Source: Treponema sp.
GTDB taxonomy: Bacteria; Spirochaetota; Spirochaetia; Treponematales; Treponemataceae
DNA: 49,826 nucleotides
Direction of reading: 5' to 3'
Assembly (NCBI GenBank): GCA_017450845.1
Contig: JAFSSU010000303.1
Coordinates: 1-49,826, forward strand
Below the pieces are notes generated by a model. The model was not told the origin of the DNA. It did no database searches and was given only the letters and a program-made list of their open reading frames with translations. Below, in pieces: positions 8,259 through 18,305 of this stretch. Every line of letters begins with the position of its first letter. The first letter of the stretch is position 1. The position numbers were made by a program, and so were the translations under genes.

Positions 8259-9728
8259 ATGATAGAGCTGTCCGTGGATGATACTGTATCGGCGGTTAAC
8301 CCTACTGTAATCAAGATAATAGGTTGCGGGGGCGGCGGGTCCAATGCCGTCAACAGGATGATTGAGGCGGGCGTGAACGACGTTGAGTTCGTCGTCATGA
8401 ACACCGACCTGCAGGCTTTGGGTGTGTCCAAGGCCCAGAAGAGGCTCTCGATCGGCCAGAAGCTGACCGGCGGCCTTGGTGCGGGCGGAAACCCGGAGGT
8501 CGGTGAGAATGCCGCCAAAGAGGACGCGGAAAGAATCAGCAACATTGTAAAGGGCGCGGATATGGTCGTCATAACTGCCGGAATGGGCGGCGGTACGGGT
8601 ACCGGCTCAGCACCGGTCGTCGCCGAGCTTGCCAAGAAAGAAGGGGCTCTGACGATTGCCGTCGTCACGACCCCCTTCGGATTCGAGGGGCCTGTCAGGA
8701 TGCGGAATGCTCAGGACGGGCTCAAGAAGCTCCGTGGCAACGTGGACAGCCTGATCGTGGTCCCAAACCAGCAGATAATGAAAATCGTTGACAAGAAGGT
8801 GAACTTCAAGCAGGCCTTCCGCCTGGCGGACGATGTTCTCTGTCAGGGCGTGCAGGGGATTTCCGAGATCATAACCCTGCCCGGCGACATAAACGTGGAC
8901 TTCGCGGACGTGAAGTCCGTCATGCAGGGACAGGGCGACGCGATTCTCGGCGTGGGCTTCGGCGAGGGAGAGAACCGTGCCGTCGATGCCGCCCAGGCCG
9001 CCATATCCAATCCCCTTCTGGAGGACTGCCAGATTGACGGCGCGTCCAACATACTGGTCAACGTCGTCGGCGATGACGATGAGGCGAGCATGCCGACGAT
9101 GATGGAGCTGGAGGAGATTACCAAGACGATTTCCGCCTCCGCGTCCAAGAACGTCAACATCATAAGCGGTATCTGCACCAAGCATGGTATGGGTGACAAG
9201 CTCTCCGTCACGGTCATCGCGACCGGCTTCGCAGGCAAGGGCGGGAATTCCGCCCAGGCTGAGGACGGCTCCGAGGCCGAGAAGTTCGAGAAGAGGGGCA
9301 GCGAGAACGTCCTGGACTATGGCATCTTCGAGAACATCCTGCACGGAGGCCCGTCACAGGCGGCTCCTTCCGTGAAGCTTGACCCGTCCAAGATAAAGGT
9401 CAGTACCATTCCCCTTAAGCCTTCCTCATTGGAGACTCTGGATTCGCAGGCTTCCCCGAAGCCCGCCGCCGTCACGCCGTCCCCCGCGCTCGCAGCATCC
9501 TCGGCGGCCAAGCTCCGCGAGCCTGCCGCTGCGGGAAGCCAGGCCCGGCCCAATATCCTTTCCGCCTCTGTCCAGCAGGAGGGTGAGCCGGTCCGCCGCA
9601 GCTCCCAGGGGGGGATACGCCCGCCTGCCGGCTATACCATAAACCAGGATGACTTGTCCCAGCCTGCCTGTTGGAGGCACAACCTGGACGGCCTTTCCAA
9701 GAGCATAAACCTGGTTGATGTCAAGTAG
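8259..9728 (+). CDS. ftsZ: Cell division protein FtsZ with long C-terminal linker
   Basis: GCGGGGSNAV, GMGGGTGTG tubulin signature, INVDFAD. ATG 8259 follows GGGAGG. Confidence 0.98.
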   Translation: MIELSVDDTVSAVNPTVIKIIGCGGGGSNAVNRMIEAGVNDVEFVVMNTDLQALGVSKAQKRLSIGQKLTGGLGAGGNPEVGENAAKEDAERISNIVKGADMVVITAGMGGGTGTGSAPVVAELAKKEGALTIAVVTTPFGFEGPVRMRNAQDGLKKLRGNVDSLIVVPNQQIMKIVDKKVNFKQAFRLADDVLCQGVQGISEIITLPGDINVDFADVKSVMQGQGDAILGVGFGEGENRAVDAAQAAISNPLLEDCQIDGASNILVNVVGDDDEASMPTMMELEEITKTISASASKNVNIISGICTKHGMGDKLSVTVIATGFAGKGGNSAQAEDGSEAEKFEKRGSENVLDYGIFENILHGGPSQAAPSVKLDPSKIKVSTIPLKPSSLETLDSQASPKPAAVTPSPALAASSAAKLREPAAAGSQARPNILSASVQQEGEPVRRSSQGGIRPPAGYTINQDDLSQPACWRHNLDGLSKSINLVDVK

Positions 9729-10650
9729 CATACCTGCCGACCAGCTGGAGAAGTCCTTCCGTGATGACCTCCTCCTCGTGGAGGGAAAGGCGAGGCTGTC
9801 TGCCGAGGCCTACGGTCAGTGCGCGAAGGACTTCCTTGCATATCTGGACAAGAAGGGGCTCGCGCTGGAGTCCGTGACCCCCTTGGACCTGACCTACTAC
9901 ATCAGCTTTCTCCGCCTGGAGAAGAATGACGGCGACATGACCGTCGCCAAGACTGTCTCTGCCCTCCGTTCCTTCGGTTTTTTTTTGAAACGGGAGGGAA
10001 TATGGGCAGAGAACGTCGCGATGGAGCTGGACAGGCCCGGCGCATCACGGAAGCTCCCCCGCGTGCTCAGCGTGAACCAGGTGGACTCCCTGCTCGATGC
10101 CATAGACACCAAGAAGCCCCTCGGGGTCCGGGACCGGGCCTTGTTCGAGCTCATATACAGCTGCGGCCTCAGGATAAGCGAGGCATGTTCCCTGCTCCTG
10201 TCCAACCTCCACTTCAAGGAGCGTTTCATCATCGTCAGGGGCAAGGGCAGCAAGGAGCGGAGCGTCCCGTTCGGAGATGCGGCGTATGACTGGCTCTACA
10301 AGTGGGTCTACGAGTGCAGGCCCCGGCTTGTCCGCTCTGACAGCATGGACTTCGTGTTCGTCAACAGCCGGGGGGGCAGCCTGTCCCGCAAAGGCGTGTG
10401 GAAGAATTTCCAGACGCTGGAGGCTAAGAGCGGGGTCACGGCCAAGGTCCACACGCTCCGCCACTCCTTCGCGACCCATCTCCTGCAAGGCGGGGCCGAC
10501 CTGCGTTCCGTGCAGGAGCTTCTGGGCCATGCGGACCTTTCCACAACGCAGATTTACACCCATGTAGACAACGAGCTCCTGAGGGAATACCACAGGGGCT
10601 TTTTTCCCGGCCACAAAAACGCCGGTCCGGAGGTTAATGATGAAAATTGA
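9718..10650 (+). CDS. xerD: Tyrosine recombinase XerD
   Basis: RDRALFELIYSCGLRISE, GKGSKER, HTLRHSFATHLL, LGH, TTQIYTHV; all catalytic R-K-H-R-H-Y residues present. Confidence 0.9.
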   Translation: MSSSIPADQLEKSFRDDLLLVEGKARLSAEAYGQCAKDFLAYLDKKGLALESVTPLDLTYYISFLRLEKNDGDMTVAKTVSALRSFGFFLKREGIWAENVAMELDRPGASRKLPRVLSVNQVDSLLDAIDTKKPLGVRDRALFELIYSCGLRISEACSLLLSNLHFKERFIIVRGKGSKERSVPFGDAAYDWLYKWVYECRPRLVRSDSMDFVFVNSRGGSLSRKGVWKNFQTLEAKSGVTAKVHTLRHSFATHLLQGGADLRSVQELLGHADLSTTQIYTHVDNELLREYHRGFFPGHKNAGPEVNDEN

Positions 10651-11386
10651 ATCCGTTCTTGCCGTCGTGCTCGCGTCAGCCGTGCTTTTTGCCTCGTGCT
10701 CTCCTTCCTATAACAGCGTGAAGAGGATGCAGCGGCTGGAGGAGGGGGTCGCCAATCCGACCACCAAGGAGGAGCTGGAGGAGGCGATCAAGAAATATGA
10801 GGCCCGCGCCATGGACCTGGTGCTTACCGAGGCCCAGACCGGTATGTGGTACAAGCTCCTCGGAACCCGCTACCTGGACGAGAGGATGTACCGCAAGGCA
10901 TACGAGGCTTTCCGCAAGGCCCTCCTGTATTATCCCGATAATGCCCATCTCTACTATTATATAGCGATTTGCGCTGGCTACATAGCCAACAGCGCGATCG
11001 ATTACAGCTTCAGCGTGACGGGACAGGAAATCCTGGTCTCTGCATCCGAGAGGGACATGCTTCTGGAGCTCTCCGAGTCCTCCTACAAGCAGGCTCTGGA
11101 GATAGACCCCAAGTATTACCGGGCTATGTATGGAATCGGGGTCCTCTATGTCTTTGAGCTGGATCAGCCTGCCGATGCCATCCCCTACCTGGAGCGTTTC
11201 CTGGACACCCAGAAGAGGGACTCCGACGCGATGTTCGTCCTGGCCCGCGCCTACTACCAGACTTACCAGTTCGACAAGGCCGTCGTCCTCTATGACAAGA
11301 TAATCGCCCTGAACCCGAACGCGGAGAAAACTGCCGAGGCGAAGGCCAACAAGAAAGTTGTCCTTGACGCGCAGTATGCGAATTAA
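10640..11386 (+). CDS. Tetratricopeptide-repeat lipoprotein
   Basis: Lipobox-like LFASC and several TPR helices (AYEAFRKALLYYPDN, YKQALEIDP). Start 10637 or 10640. Confidence 0.85.
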   Translation: MKIESVLAVVLASAVLFASCSPSYNSVKRMQRLEEGVANPTTKEELEEAIKKYEARAMDLVLTEAQTGMWYKLLGTRYLDERMYRKAYEAFRKALLYYPDNAHLYYYIAICAGYIANSAIDYSFSVTGQEILVSASERDMLLELSESSYKQALEIDPKYYRAMYGIGVLYVFELDQPADAIPYLERFLDTQKRDSDAMFVLARAYYQTYQFDKAVVLYDKIIALNPNAEKTAEAKANKKVVLDAQYAN

Positions 11387-11400
11387 ATACATTTGAAAGG

Positions 11401-12381
11401 GTGGAACTTATAGACATTGCCGTCTCCTCCCTCTATTTCCTCACCCTTAAGGAGAAAATTCTTTTAAGGAAGAATATTGACAGAATTGAGCGACTTGCTG
11501 TACTGTCTATAGAAGACATTTCCTTCCTTATAAAGCGGTCCTTGGGCAGCAGGATTGCCTGGGACGGGAAGGAACTTCTGAGGCAGTCTAACCTTGCCAT
11601 GTCCATAATAGGAGGGCAGGGGATTTCGGCAGTCTTCTACGGGCAGGCCGGCTACCCGCCCCTGCTGAAGGAGATAACAGACCCGCCCTTCTGCATCTAT
11701 TACAGGGGGGACATCTCCTGCCTGCTCAGGGACTGTGTCTCCGTCGTAGGGACCAGGAAGCCTTGCCGCGAGGCTGCGGAGGCGACGATGGCTTTTGCGA
11801 GGGATGCGGCATCGGACGGGATTACTGTCGTGAGCGGCAATGCCAACGGGATAGACAGCTTTGCCCACAGGGGGGCTCTCTCTTCCGGTAAGGAGAGGGC
11901 GACGGCGGCCGTCCTGCCCTGCGGAATCGATATAATCGTCCCGGCGGGGAACAAGGGCTTGGTCGCCCAGATAATCCGTTCGGGCGGCGCGGTGCTGAGC
12001 GAGTACATTCCCGGCTGCCCCGCCGACAAATGGCGGTTCGTTCAGAGAAACCGCCTCATAGCGGCCCTGTCATCGGCGACGGTCGTCATGCAGGCACCGT
12101 CCGGCAGCGGGGCTCTGATAACGGCGGAGTTTGCCCTGAGCTACGACCGGGAAGTGATGTTCTCCTCCTCGGCATTCTGCGAGGAGGCTCGGATTATAGA
12201 AGGAAGGGCTGCCGAGAGGCTCAAGTCCTCCCGCTCCGGAAAGGCCGTGCGTAATTGCGCGGTCTACATTGAGTCCGGGGCACCCGTAATCTCTGGTTAC
12301 GGCGAATACAAAAATGCATTGAGGGATGCCCCGGGCGCGCACTCCGTGCCGGACGGCGGGCAGCTTTCCCTCTTTGAATAA
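11401..12381 (+). CDS. dprA: DNA-processing protein DprA (Smf)
   Basis: YPPLLKEI.DPP, VVGTR, VSG.A.GID..AH, F..RNRLIA, SGALITA. Confidence 0.95.
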   Translation: MELIDIAVSSLYFLTLKEKILLRKNIDRIERLAVLSIEDISFLIKRSLGSRIAWDGKELLRQSNLAMSIIGGQGISAVFYGQAGYPPLLKEITDPPFCIYYRGDISCLLRDCVSVVGTRKPCREAAEATMAFARDAASDGITVVSGNANGIDSFAHRGALSSGKERATAAVLPCGIDIIVPAGNKGLVAQIIRSGGAVLSEYIPGCPADKWRFVQRNRLIAALSSATVVMQAPSGSGALITAEFALSYDREVMFSSSAFCEEARIIEGRAAERLKSSRSGKAVRNCAVYIESGAPVISGYGEYKNALRDAPGAHSVPDGGQLSLFE

Positions 12382-12393
12382 AGGTGGTGTGCG

Positions 12394-14511
12394 ATGAAGA
12401 AGGCTGAGGCCGGCAGGACCAAGAAGAAAACCCTTGTCATAGTGGAGTCTCCTGCGAAGGCGAAGACCATAGAGCATTATCTGGGATCGGGCTATACGGT
12501 GAAGGCCTCAATGGGGCACCTGATAGACCTGCCCAAGAGCCGGCTCGCGATAAACGTGGAGGACGGCTTTCAGCCCGAGTATATCACGGTGCGGGGCAGG
12601 GCCAAGCTCCTGCAGGAGCTTCAGAAGGATGCGAAGGCAAGCGATGTCGTCCTGCTCGCGTCTGATAACGACCGCGAGGGGGAGGCCATTTCCTGGCACC
12701 TGAACAATGCCCTCAAAGGCAAGACCAATGCCGCCATCAACAGGATTACGTTCAACGAGATAACCCCGGTCGCCATAAAGGAGGCGATAAAGCACCCGAG
12801 GGAGATTGACGAGGGCAAGGTCAACGCCCAGAAGGCCCGCCGCGTCCTGGACAGGCTCGTGGGCTACAACCTGAGCCCCCTCCTCTGGAAGAAGGTCAAG
12901 AACGGCCTGAGCGCGGGCCGCGTGCAGTCGGTCGCCCTCCGCCTTATCTGTGACCGCGAGAAGGAGGTCGAGGACTTCATCCCCGAGGAGTACTGGACGC
13001 TTGAGGCTGACTTTGCCAAGGGCAAGGTCAAGTTCGGGGCGGAGCTGACTCAGTACTGCGGCAAGAAGCCCGAGCTCAAGAAGGAGGCCGACGTTCAGGC
13101 GATAATGGACAAAATCGCCTCCTCGGACTGCATCGTCAAGGACATAAAGGAGAGCGAGAAGACCGTCCGCCCCAAGCCTCCCTTCACCACGTCCAAGCTG
13201 CAGCAGGCCGCCGCGAACAAGCTGGGCTTCACTTCCCGCAAGACCATGCAGATAGCCCAGCAGCTCTACGAGGGAATCCAGATCGGCTCGAGCCGGGTCG
13301 GTCTTATCACCTACATGCGTACAGACTCCGTCCGCATCTCCCAGACTGCCCTCGATGACGTGCGGGACTGGCTTTCCAAGAACTACCCGGAAGACCTGCC
13401 CGAGCAGCAGATAGAGTATTCCGTCGGCAAGGGTGCGCAGGATGCCCATGAGGGAATCCGCCCGACCTATACCAAGTACACGCCGGACTACGTGAAGGAG
13501 TACCTGTCCCGCGACCAGCTCCGCCTTTATTCGATAATCTGGGAGAGATTCGTCTCCAGCCAGATGAAGAATGCCCGGACGGTGACGACCTCCGTTGACA
13601 TAGAGGCAGGGGAGGCCCTCTTCCATGCGAGCGCGAGCAAGCTGAGCTACAAGGGCTTCTACAATGTCATCAAGACCTTGTCCTCCAAGGAGGACAGCAG
13701 CGGCAGGCTCCCTGCCCTCAGCATAGGGGAGAAGCTGTCCGCCGGGAAATTCTACCCCGAGCAGCACTTTACCTCAGGTCCTACCCGCTATACCGATGCC
13801 TCCATCGTCAAGACTCTGGAGGAGAAGGGGATAGGCCGGCCTTCCACATACGCCCCGATTATTTCCGTCCTGCTTGACCGCTACTACGTGACCCGCAACA
13901 ACAAGCAGCTGGTCCCGACCCTGCTCGGCAGGATGATATGCAAGATTCTGGTGGAGGCGTTCCCGTCCCTGATAAACGAGCAGTTCACCTCGGACGTTGA
14001 GAACGACCTGGACAAGGTGGAGAAGAACGAGCTGGTCTGGAATTCCATGATAGGCGACTTCTACGGGCCTTTCAAGGAGCGGGTGGACAGCGTCATGGAC
14101 ACCCAGGAGAGCATGAAGGGAGTTCTGGACGAGAGCACCGACGAGGTCTGCGAGAAGTGCGGCCGGCCTATGGTCAAGAAACTCGGGCGCTTCGGCTACT
14201 TCCTTGCCTGCTCTGGCTTCCCGGAGTGCCGCAACACCAAGAGCATCCCCCTCGCGAAGTGCCCGGTCGAGGGCTGCGACGGGGACATCGTTGCCCGCAA
14301 GACCAAGGGGCGGGGCAAGGAGTTCTACGGCTGCACGAACTATCCCAAGTGCTCCTTCCTGTCCCACTTCAAGCCGATCAACGCGACCTGTCCCAAGTGC
14401 GGATGGTTCATGGTGGAGAAGTACGACAAGAAGAACGGCAGCTACAAGAGCTGCATCAACCCGGCATGTGATTACCTGCACTCCCCGGACGGCATGGAGG
14501 GGCAGGAATAG
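12394..14511 (+). CDS. topA: Type I DNA topoisomerase TopA
   Basis: IVESPAKAKTI, D.DREGE, SAGRVQS, ITYMRTDS, AHEGIRPT, GIGRPSTYA, C-terminal Cys zinc ribbons. Confidence 0.98.
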   Translation: MKKAEAGRTKKKTLVIVESPAKAKTIEHYLGSGYTVKASMGHLIDLPKSRLAINVEDGFQPEYITVRGRAKLLQELQKDAKASDVVLLASDNDREGEAISWHLNNALKGKTNAAINRITFNEITPVAIKEAIKHPREIDEGKVNAQKARRVLDRLVGYNLSPLLWKKVKNGLSAGRVQSVALRLICDREKEVEDFIPEEYWTLEADFAKGKVKFGAELTQYCGKKPELKKEADVQAIMDKIASSDCIVKDIKESEKTVRPKPPFTTSKLQQAAANKLGFTSRKTMQIAQQLYEGIQIGSSRVGLITYMRTDSVRISQTALDDVRDWLSKNYPEDLPEQQIEYSVGKGAQDAHEGIRPTYTKYTPDYVKEYLSRDQLRLYSIIWERFVSSQMKNARTVTTSVDIEAGEALFHASASKLSYKGFYNVIKTLSSKEDSSGRLPALSIGEKLSAGKFYPEQHFTSGPTRYTDASIVKTLEEKGIGRPSTYAPIISVLLDRYYVTRNNKQLVPTLLGRMICKILVEAFPSLINEQFTSDVENDLDKVEKNELVWNSMIGDFYGPFKERVDSVMDTQESMKGVLDESTDEVCEKCGRPMVKKLGRFGYFLACSGFPECRNTKSIPLAKCPVEGCDGDIVARKTKGRGKEFYGCTNYPKCSFLSHFKPINATCPKCGWFMVEKYDKKNGSYKSCINPACDYLHSPDGMEGQE

Positions 14512-14519
14512 CCGGGCAT

Positions 14520-15446
14520 ATGGAAGAAAGAAGCCTGGGGGACTGCATAGACGAATTTCTCCTGTACATTGCCAACGTCAAGGGGCGGTCGGCCAACACC
14601 GTGAAGGCCTATACCGAGGACTTCAAGCACTTTGACGGGCATTTGGAGCGGGAAACGGGCATTTCGTCCGTGACCTTGGGGCAGCTGAGGGCGGTCGTAG
14701 GGGACTTGAGCCGGGAGGGCTATAACGTCACATCCATAGACCGCTTCATCTCCGCCGTCCGTGGACTCTTTGCGTATTGCAGGAAAAATCAGTATATTCA
14801 GGTAAACGTCGCGCTGGAGCTCAAGATGCTCAAGAAGCCCAAGGTCCTGCCCCGCTTCATGACCCAGGCCGAGGTGGACACCCTTTGCTCTCAGCCTGAC
14901 AGGAAGCCCCTGTTGTGGCCTGCGAGGGACAAGGCGATTTTTGAGATGCTCTATTCGTCGGGCTGCCGTGTCAGCGAGCTCGCCTCCCTGAAATTCTCGG
15001 ATTTCACGGAGGGCTACGGGAGTGCGGTCGTGGAAGGCAAAGGCAGCAAGGACCGCTACGTTTACTTTGAGCAGGATGCCCTCAATGCCTTTCATGCCTA
15101 TCTGGCCGAGCGCAGGCAACGCTTTCCGGCTTCGATGGAGGATGGCGGCTCTTTCGTCGCGGAGATTTTCCTGAACCAGAAGGGAAGGGCCTTGTCCGCG
15201 TCGGGGATAGAGATGATTGTCCGGGAGTACAGCGGGTTGCGGGGAACCAACAAGCCGATGACCCCGCACTCGTTCCGTCATACTTTCGCGACGGCGATGC
15301 TTTTGAACGGGGCGGACGTGCGGGAGGTCCAGTCCATGCTGGGGCATTCCAGCATAAACGCGACGCAGAGATATACGCACGTGACGGCGGAGAGGCTCAG
15401 GGCCGTGTACGACCAGGCCTTCCCTCACAGCGGGAAGAAAGACTGA
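14520..15446 (+). CDS. xerC: Tyrosine recombinase XerC (CodV-like)
   Basis: RDKAIFEMLYSSGCRVSE, GKGSKDR, TPHSFRHTFAT, LGH, TQRYTHV; topA-xerC-hslVU context. Confidence 0.88.
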   Translation: MEERSLGDCIDEFLLYIANVKGRSANTVKAYTEDFKHFDGHLERETGISSVTLGQLRAVVGDLSREGYNVTSIDRFISAVRGLFAYCRKNQYIQVNVALELKMLKKPKVLPRFMTQAEVDTLCSQPDRKPLLWPARDKAIFEMLYSSGCRVSELASLKFSDFTEGYGSAVVEGKGSKDRYVYFEQDALNAFHAYLAERRQRFPASMEDGGSFVAEIFLNQKGRALSASGIEMIVREYSGLRGTNKPMTPHSFRHTFATAMLLNGADVREVQSMLGHSSINATQRYTHVTAERLRAVYDQAFPHSGKKD

Positions 15447-15474
15447 GAGTGAATTATGATGTCAGGAGAGATGT

Positions 15475-16026
15475 ATGGGAAAGCATGACGAGAACAGGAT
15501 ACGGAGCACGACGGTCATAGCCGTCAAGAGGAACGGCACCGTCGCGATGGCGGGTGACGGTCAGGTGACTGCGGGGAACACCGTGGTCAAGGGCAATGCC
15601 CGCAAGGTCCGCAAGATATACGACGGCAAGGTGCTGACGGGATTCGCGGGCTCGGTCGCCGATGCCTTCACCTTGTTCGACAAGTTCGAGGAGAAGCTTA
15701 AGGAATACAATGGCGACCTCACCCGGTCCGCCGTGGAGCTCGCCAAGCTCTGGAGGACGGAGCGGTCGATGAGCAAGCTGGAGGCCATGCTCCTTGTCGC
15801 CGACAAGGGCAAAATCCTGCTTGTATCCGGGGACGGGAATGTCATAGAGCCCGAGAACGATGTCATCGCGATCGGCTCGGGAGGGAACTACGCCTATTCC
15901 GCTGCCCTCGCCTACATGGAGACGAGCGAACTGAGTGCCAAGGAGATTGCCGAGCGTTCGGTCAGGATTGCGGGCAAGATTTGTGTGTACACCAATGAGA
16001 ATATAACCGTGGAGTCTTTGGACTAG
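15475..16026 (+). CDS. hslV: ATP-dependent protease peptidase subunit HslV
   Basis: [37 protein letters not shown]. Confidence 0.97.
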   Translation: MGKHDENRIRSTTVIAVKRNGTVAMAGDGQVTAGNTVVKGNARKVRKIYDGKVLTGFAGSVADAFTLFDKFEEKLKEYNGDLTRSAVELAKLWRTERSMSKLEAMLLVADKGKILLVSGDGNVIEPENDVIAIGSGGNYAYSAALAYMETSELSAKEIAERSVRIAGKICVYTNENITVESLD

Positions 16027-16044
16027 CAGAGAAGGAGGTCGTTT

Positions 16045-17604
16045 GTGGCAGAGGAGATTGTGGAGAAGAAGGACGTGTCCGGCGGCCCCGAGGGGCTTAC
16101 GCCGTCAGAAGTCGTCGAGCGGCTTGACAGCTACATCATCGGGCAGAACAAGGCCAAACGCTTTGTCGCCGTTGCCCTGCGCAACAGGCAGCGGAGGATA
16201 AAGCTCCCCGAGGAAATCCGCGAGGAGGTCGCTCCCAAGAACATATTGATGATTGGTCCCACCGGGGTCGGCAAGACCGAGATAGCCCGCCGCCTTGCCA
16301 AGCTCTGCGGTGCGCCCTTCCTCAAGATTGAGGCGACCAAGTACACCGAGGTCGGATACGTGGGACGTGACGTTGAGAGCATGATCCGCGACCTGATGGC
16401 CGTGGGCTACAACATGGTCAAGGCCGAGATGCAGGAGACCCTCAAGGAGAAGGCAGGACCTTTGGTCGAGGACAGGCTCCTTGATCTGCTCCTGCCCGGC
16501 AGCTCAGCTAAGAAGGAGGAGGGTGACGGCGGCAAGAAGAAGCAGCCTGTCCGCATCCTGAGCAATCTCTTCGGCGGTGGCGAGAGCCCCGTCTCCGGCG
16601 GCATCATACAGATAAGCAAGTCGAGCCCGGCCCAGGAGGAGGCATCCGGGGCGGACGGAAGTCAGGAGGCGCAGCAGGAGGCAGAATCCTCCGGGGCTGC
16701 GCAGGATAGCGGCGAGATGTCCGAGACCCGCGAGAAGTTCCGCAAGATGCTCCGCGACGGCAAGCTGGAGGATCGCATGGTCGATGTCACCATCCACCAG
16801 CAGCCCCGGATCAGCGGCATGGAGGTCTTCAGCACGGGTTCCATGGAGGACCTGGAGTCCAGCATAAACGGCCTGCAGGAGATGCTCGCGGGGGGCAGGA
16901 ACCGCCGCAAGACGGTCAGCGTCCGTGAGGCCCGGCAGATTCTCATGGAGGAGACGCTCGACAGCCTGACCGACCGGGACAAGGTCGCCGATGAGGCCAA
17001 GCAGCGCGTGGAGCAGTCAGGCATCATCTTCATTGACGAGATTGACAAGATTGCGACCAAGGGCGGGGAGGGGAGCCGCCAGGACGTGAGCCGCGAGGGA
17101 GTCCAGCGCGACATCCTCCCGATTGTAGAGGGGAGCGACGTGAACACCAAGTGGGGTGTGGTCAACACTACCCACATCCTCTTCATCGGTGCGGGCGCGT
17201 TCAGCGTCTCTGCGCCGAGCGACCTGATCCCTGAGCTTCAGGGGCGCTTTCCCCTCCGTGTGGAGCTTGACGCGCTCAAGAAGGAGGACTTCCGCCGCAT
17301 CCTCACCGAGCCCAAGAACGCCCTCATCAAACAGTACGAGGCCTTGATGGGAACCGAGGGTGTCACCCTCAGCTTCACCGACGAGGCTATTGACCGGATG
17401 GCGTTCATAGCCGAGGACGTGAATTCCCATGCGGAGAACATCGGGGCCCGTCGCCTGCATACGATTATGGAGACTGTCCTTGAGGACCTGAGCTTTGAGG
17501 CCGACAAGCACAAGGGCGAGACCATAACGATAGATGAGGCCTTCGTCAACGACAAGCTCAAGGGGATAATGCAGAACCAGGATCTGGAGCGCTATATCCT
17601 GTAG
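16045..17604 (+). CDS. hslU: ATP-dependent protease ATPase subunit HslU
   Basis: GPTGVGKTE, GYVGRDVE, FIDEIDK, ELQGRFP, NIGARRLHT, C-terminal RYIL. Confidence 0.97.
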   Translation: MAEEIVEKKDVSGGPEGLTPSEVVERLDSYIIGQNKAKRFVAVALRNRQRRIKLPEEIREEVAPKNILMIGPTGVGKTEIARRLAKLCGAPFLKIEATKYTEVGYVGRDVESMIRDLMAVGYNMVKAEMQETLKEKAGPLVEDRLLDLLLPGSSAKKEEGDGGKKKQPVRILSNLFGGGESPVSGGIIQISKSSPAQEEASGADGSQEAQQEAESSGAAQDSGEMSETREKFRKMLRDGKLEDRMVDVTIHQQPRISGMEVFSTGSMEDLESSINGLQEMLAGGRNRRKTVSVREARQILMEETLDSLTDRDKVADEAKQRVEQSGIIFIDEIDKIATKGGEGSRQDVSREGVQRDILPIVEGSDVNTKWGVVNTTHILFIGAGAFSVSAPSDLIPELQGRFPLRVELDALKKEDFRRILTEPKNALIKQYEALMGTEGVTLSFTDEAIDRMAFIAEDVNSHAENIGARRLHTIMETVLEDLSFEADKHKGETITIDEAFVNDKLKGIMQNQDLERYIL

Positions 17605-17683
17605 CGGGCGGCGGGCACTTGGAGCGGCGCATTGTGTTTTCTCGCAGAATCCTGTGCGTTCGCTCACAAAAGCCCGCAGCCGG
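17605..17683. terminator. Long imperfect hairpin at the hslU/tmk convergence
   Basis: GCGGGC (17611-17616) pairs with GCCCGC (17672-17677); inner GAGCGGCGCA with TGCGTTCGCTC. No U-tract. Confidence 0.35.
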
Positions 17684-18305
17684 TGATTTCTTTCCAAATC
17701 TCCTCTGACAGCTCGCTGACGCTCCTTGTCGCATCGAGCCAGACTACTTTCATCCCCGGTTCCCGTGCATCCAGATCCGATATAGCTTTCCGGTATCCTT
17801 CCGTGACTTGCCGGAGAAAATTCTCTTCCTCGTAGATTTCCTTTGTCTCCCTTCCCGTGATTCTGGCAAGCGAGTCAGACGGGTCTATGTCAAAGTAGAA
17901 GAGCAGGCGGGGGAGGGGGAAACCCTCGTTGAGCTTATAGGGAAGCCCGTCCGGGCAGGATATTCCCTGATAGGCAAGGCTTGAGAAGAGGTATCGGTCG
18001 CTGACCACGACCCTGCCGGATCCGCATGCTTCCTTGATGCCGCTCTCAAGCAGCCCTCCTTCGCTGCGGATTCTTCCATATATATGCTCGTTCCTGTCTG
18101 CCGCGAAGAGGTATGCCGCCGTGGAAGCTTCCAGCTTCACGTCCCCCTTGAGCATCCTGCGGAGGAATTTGCCGGTCTCGCCTCCGGTCGGTTCTGCTGT
18201 GAAGAGGAAGCTCCCTGCTTCCGGCCTTTTCCTGAGCTGTCCGATTTGGGTCGAGGTTCCGGCCCCGTCTATTCCCTCGAACACGATAAATTTGCTTAAA
18301 ATCAT
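17664..18305 (-). CDS. tmk: Thymidylate kinase
   Basis: FIVFEGIDGAGTSTQ, EPT, LFAADR.EH, SDRY..SS.AYQG. Confidence 0.95.
   Translation of the reverse strand: MILSKFIVFEGIDGAGTSTQIGQLRKRPEAGSFLFTAEPTGGETGKFLRRMLKGDVKLEASTAAYLFAADRNEHIYGRIRSEGGLLESGIKEACGSGRVVVSDRYLFSSLAYQGISCPDGLPYKLNEGFPLPRLLFYFDIDPSDSLARITGRETKEIYEEENFLRQVTEGYRKAISDLDAREPGMKVVWLDATRSVSELSEEIWKEITGCGLL

Noticed and set aside
9718-15446. Integrases marking a prophage or integrative element; dif site
   Set aside because: Both are Xer-like and sit among housekeeping genes. No att repeats, cargo genes or dif-like 28-mer were recognised.
15475-15510. N-terminal extension before the HslV catalytic Thr
   Set aside because: Short propeptides are known in many HslV/ClpQ proteins.
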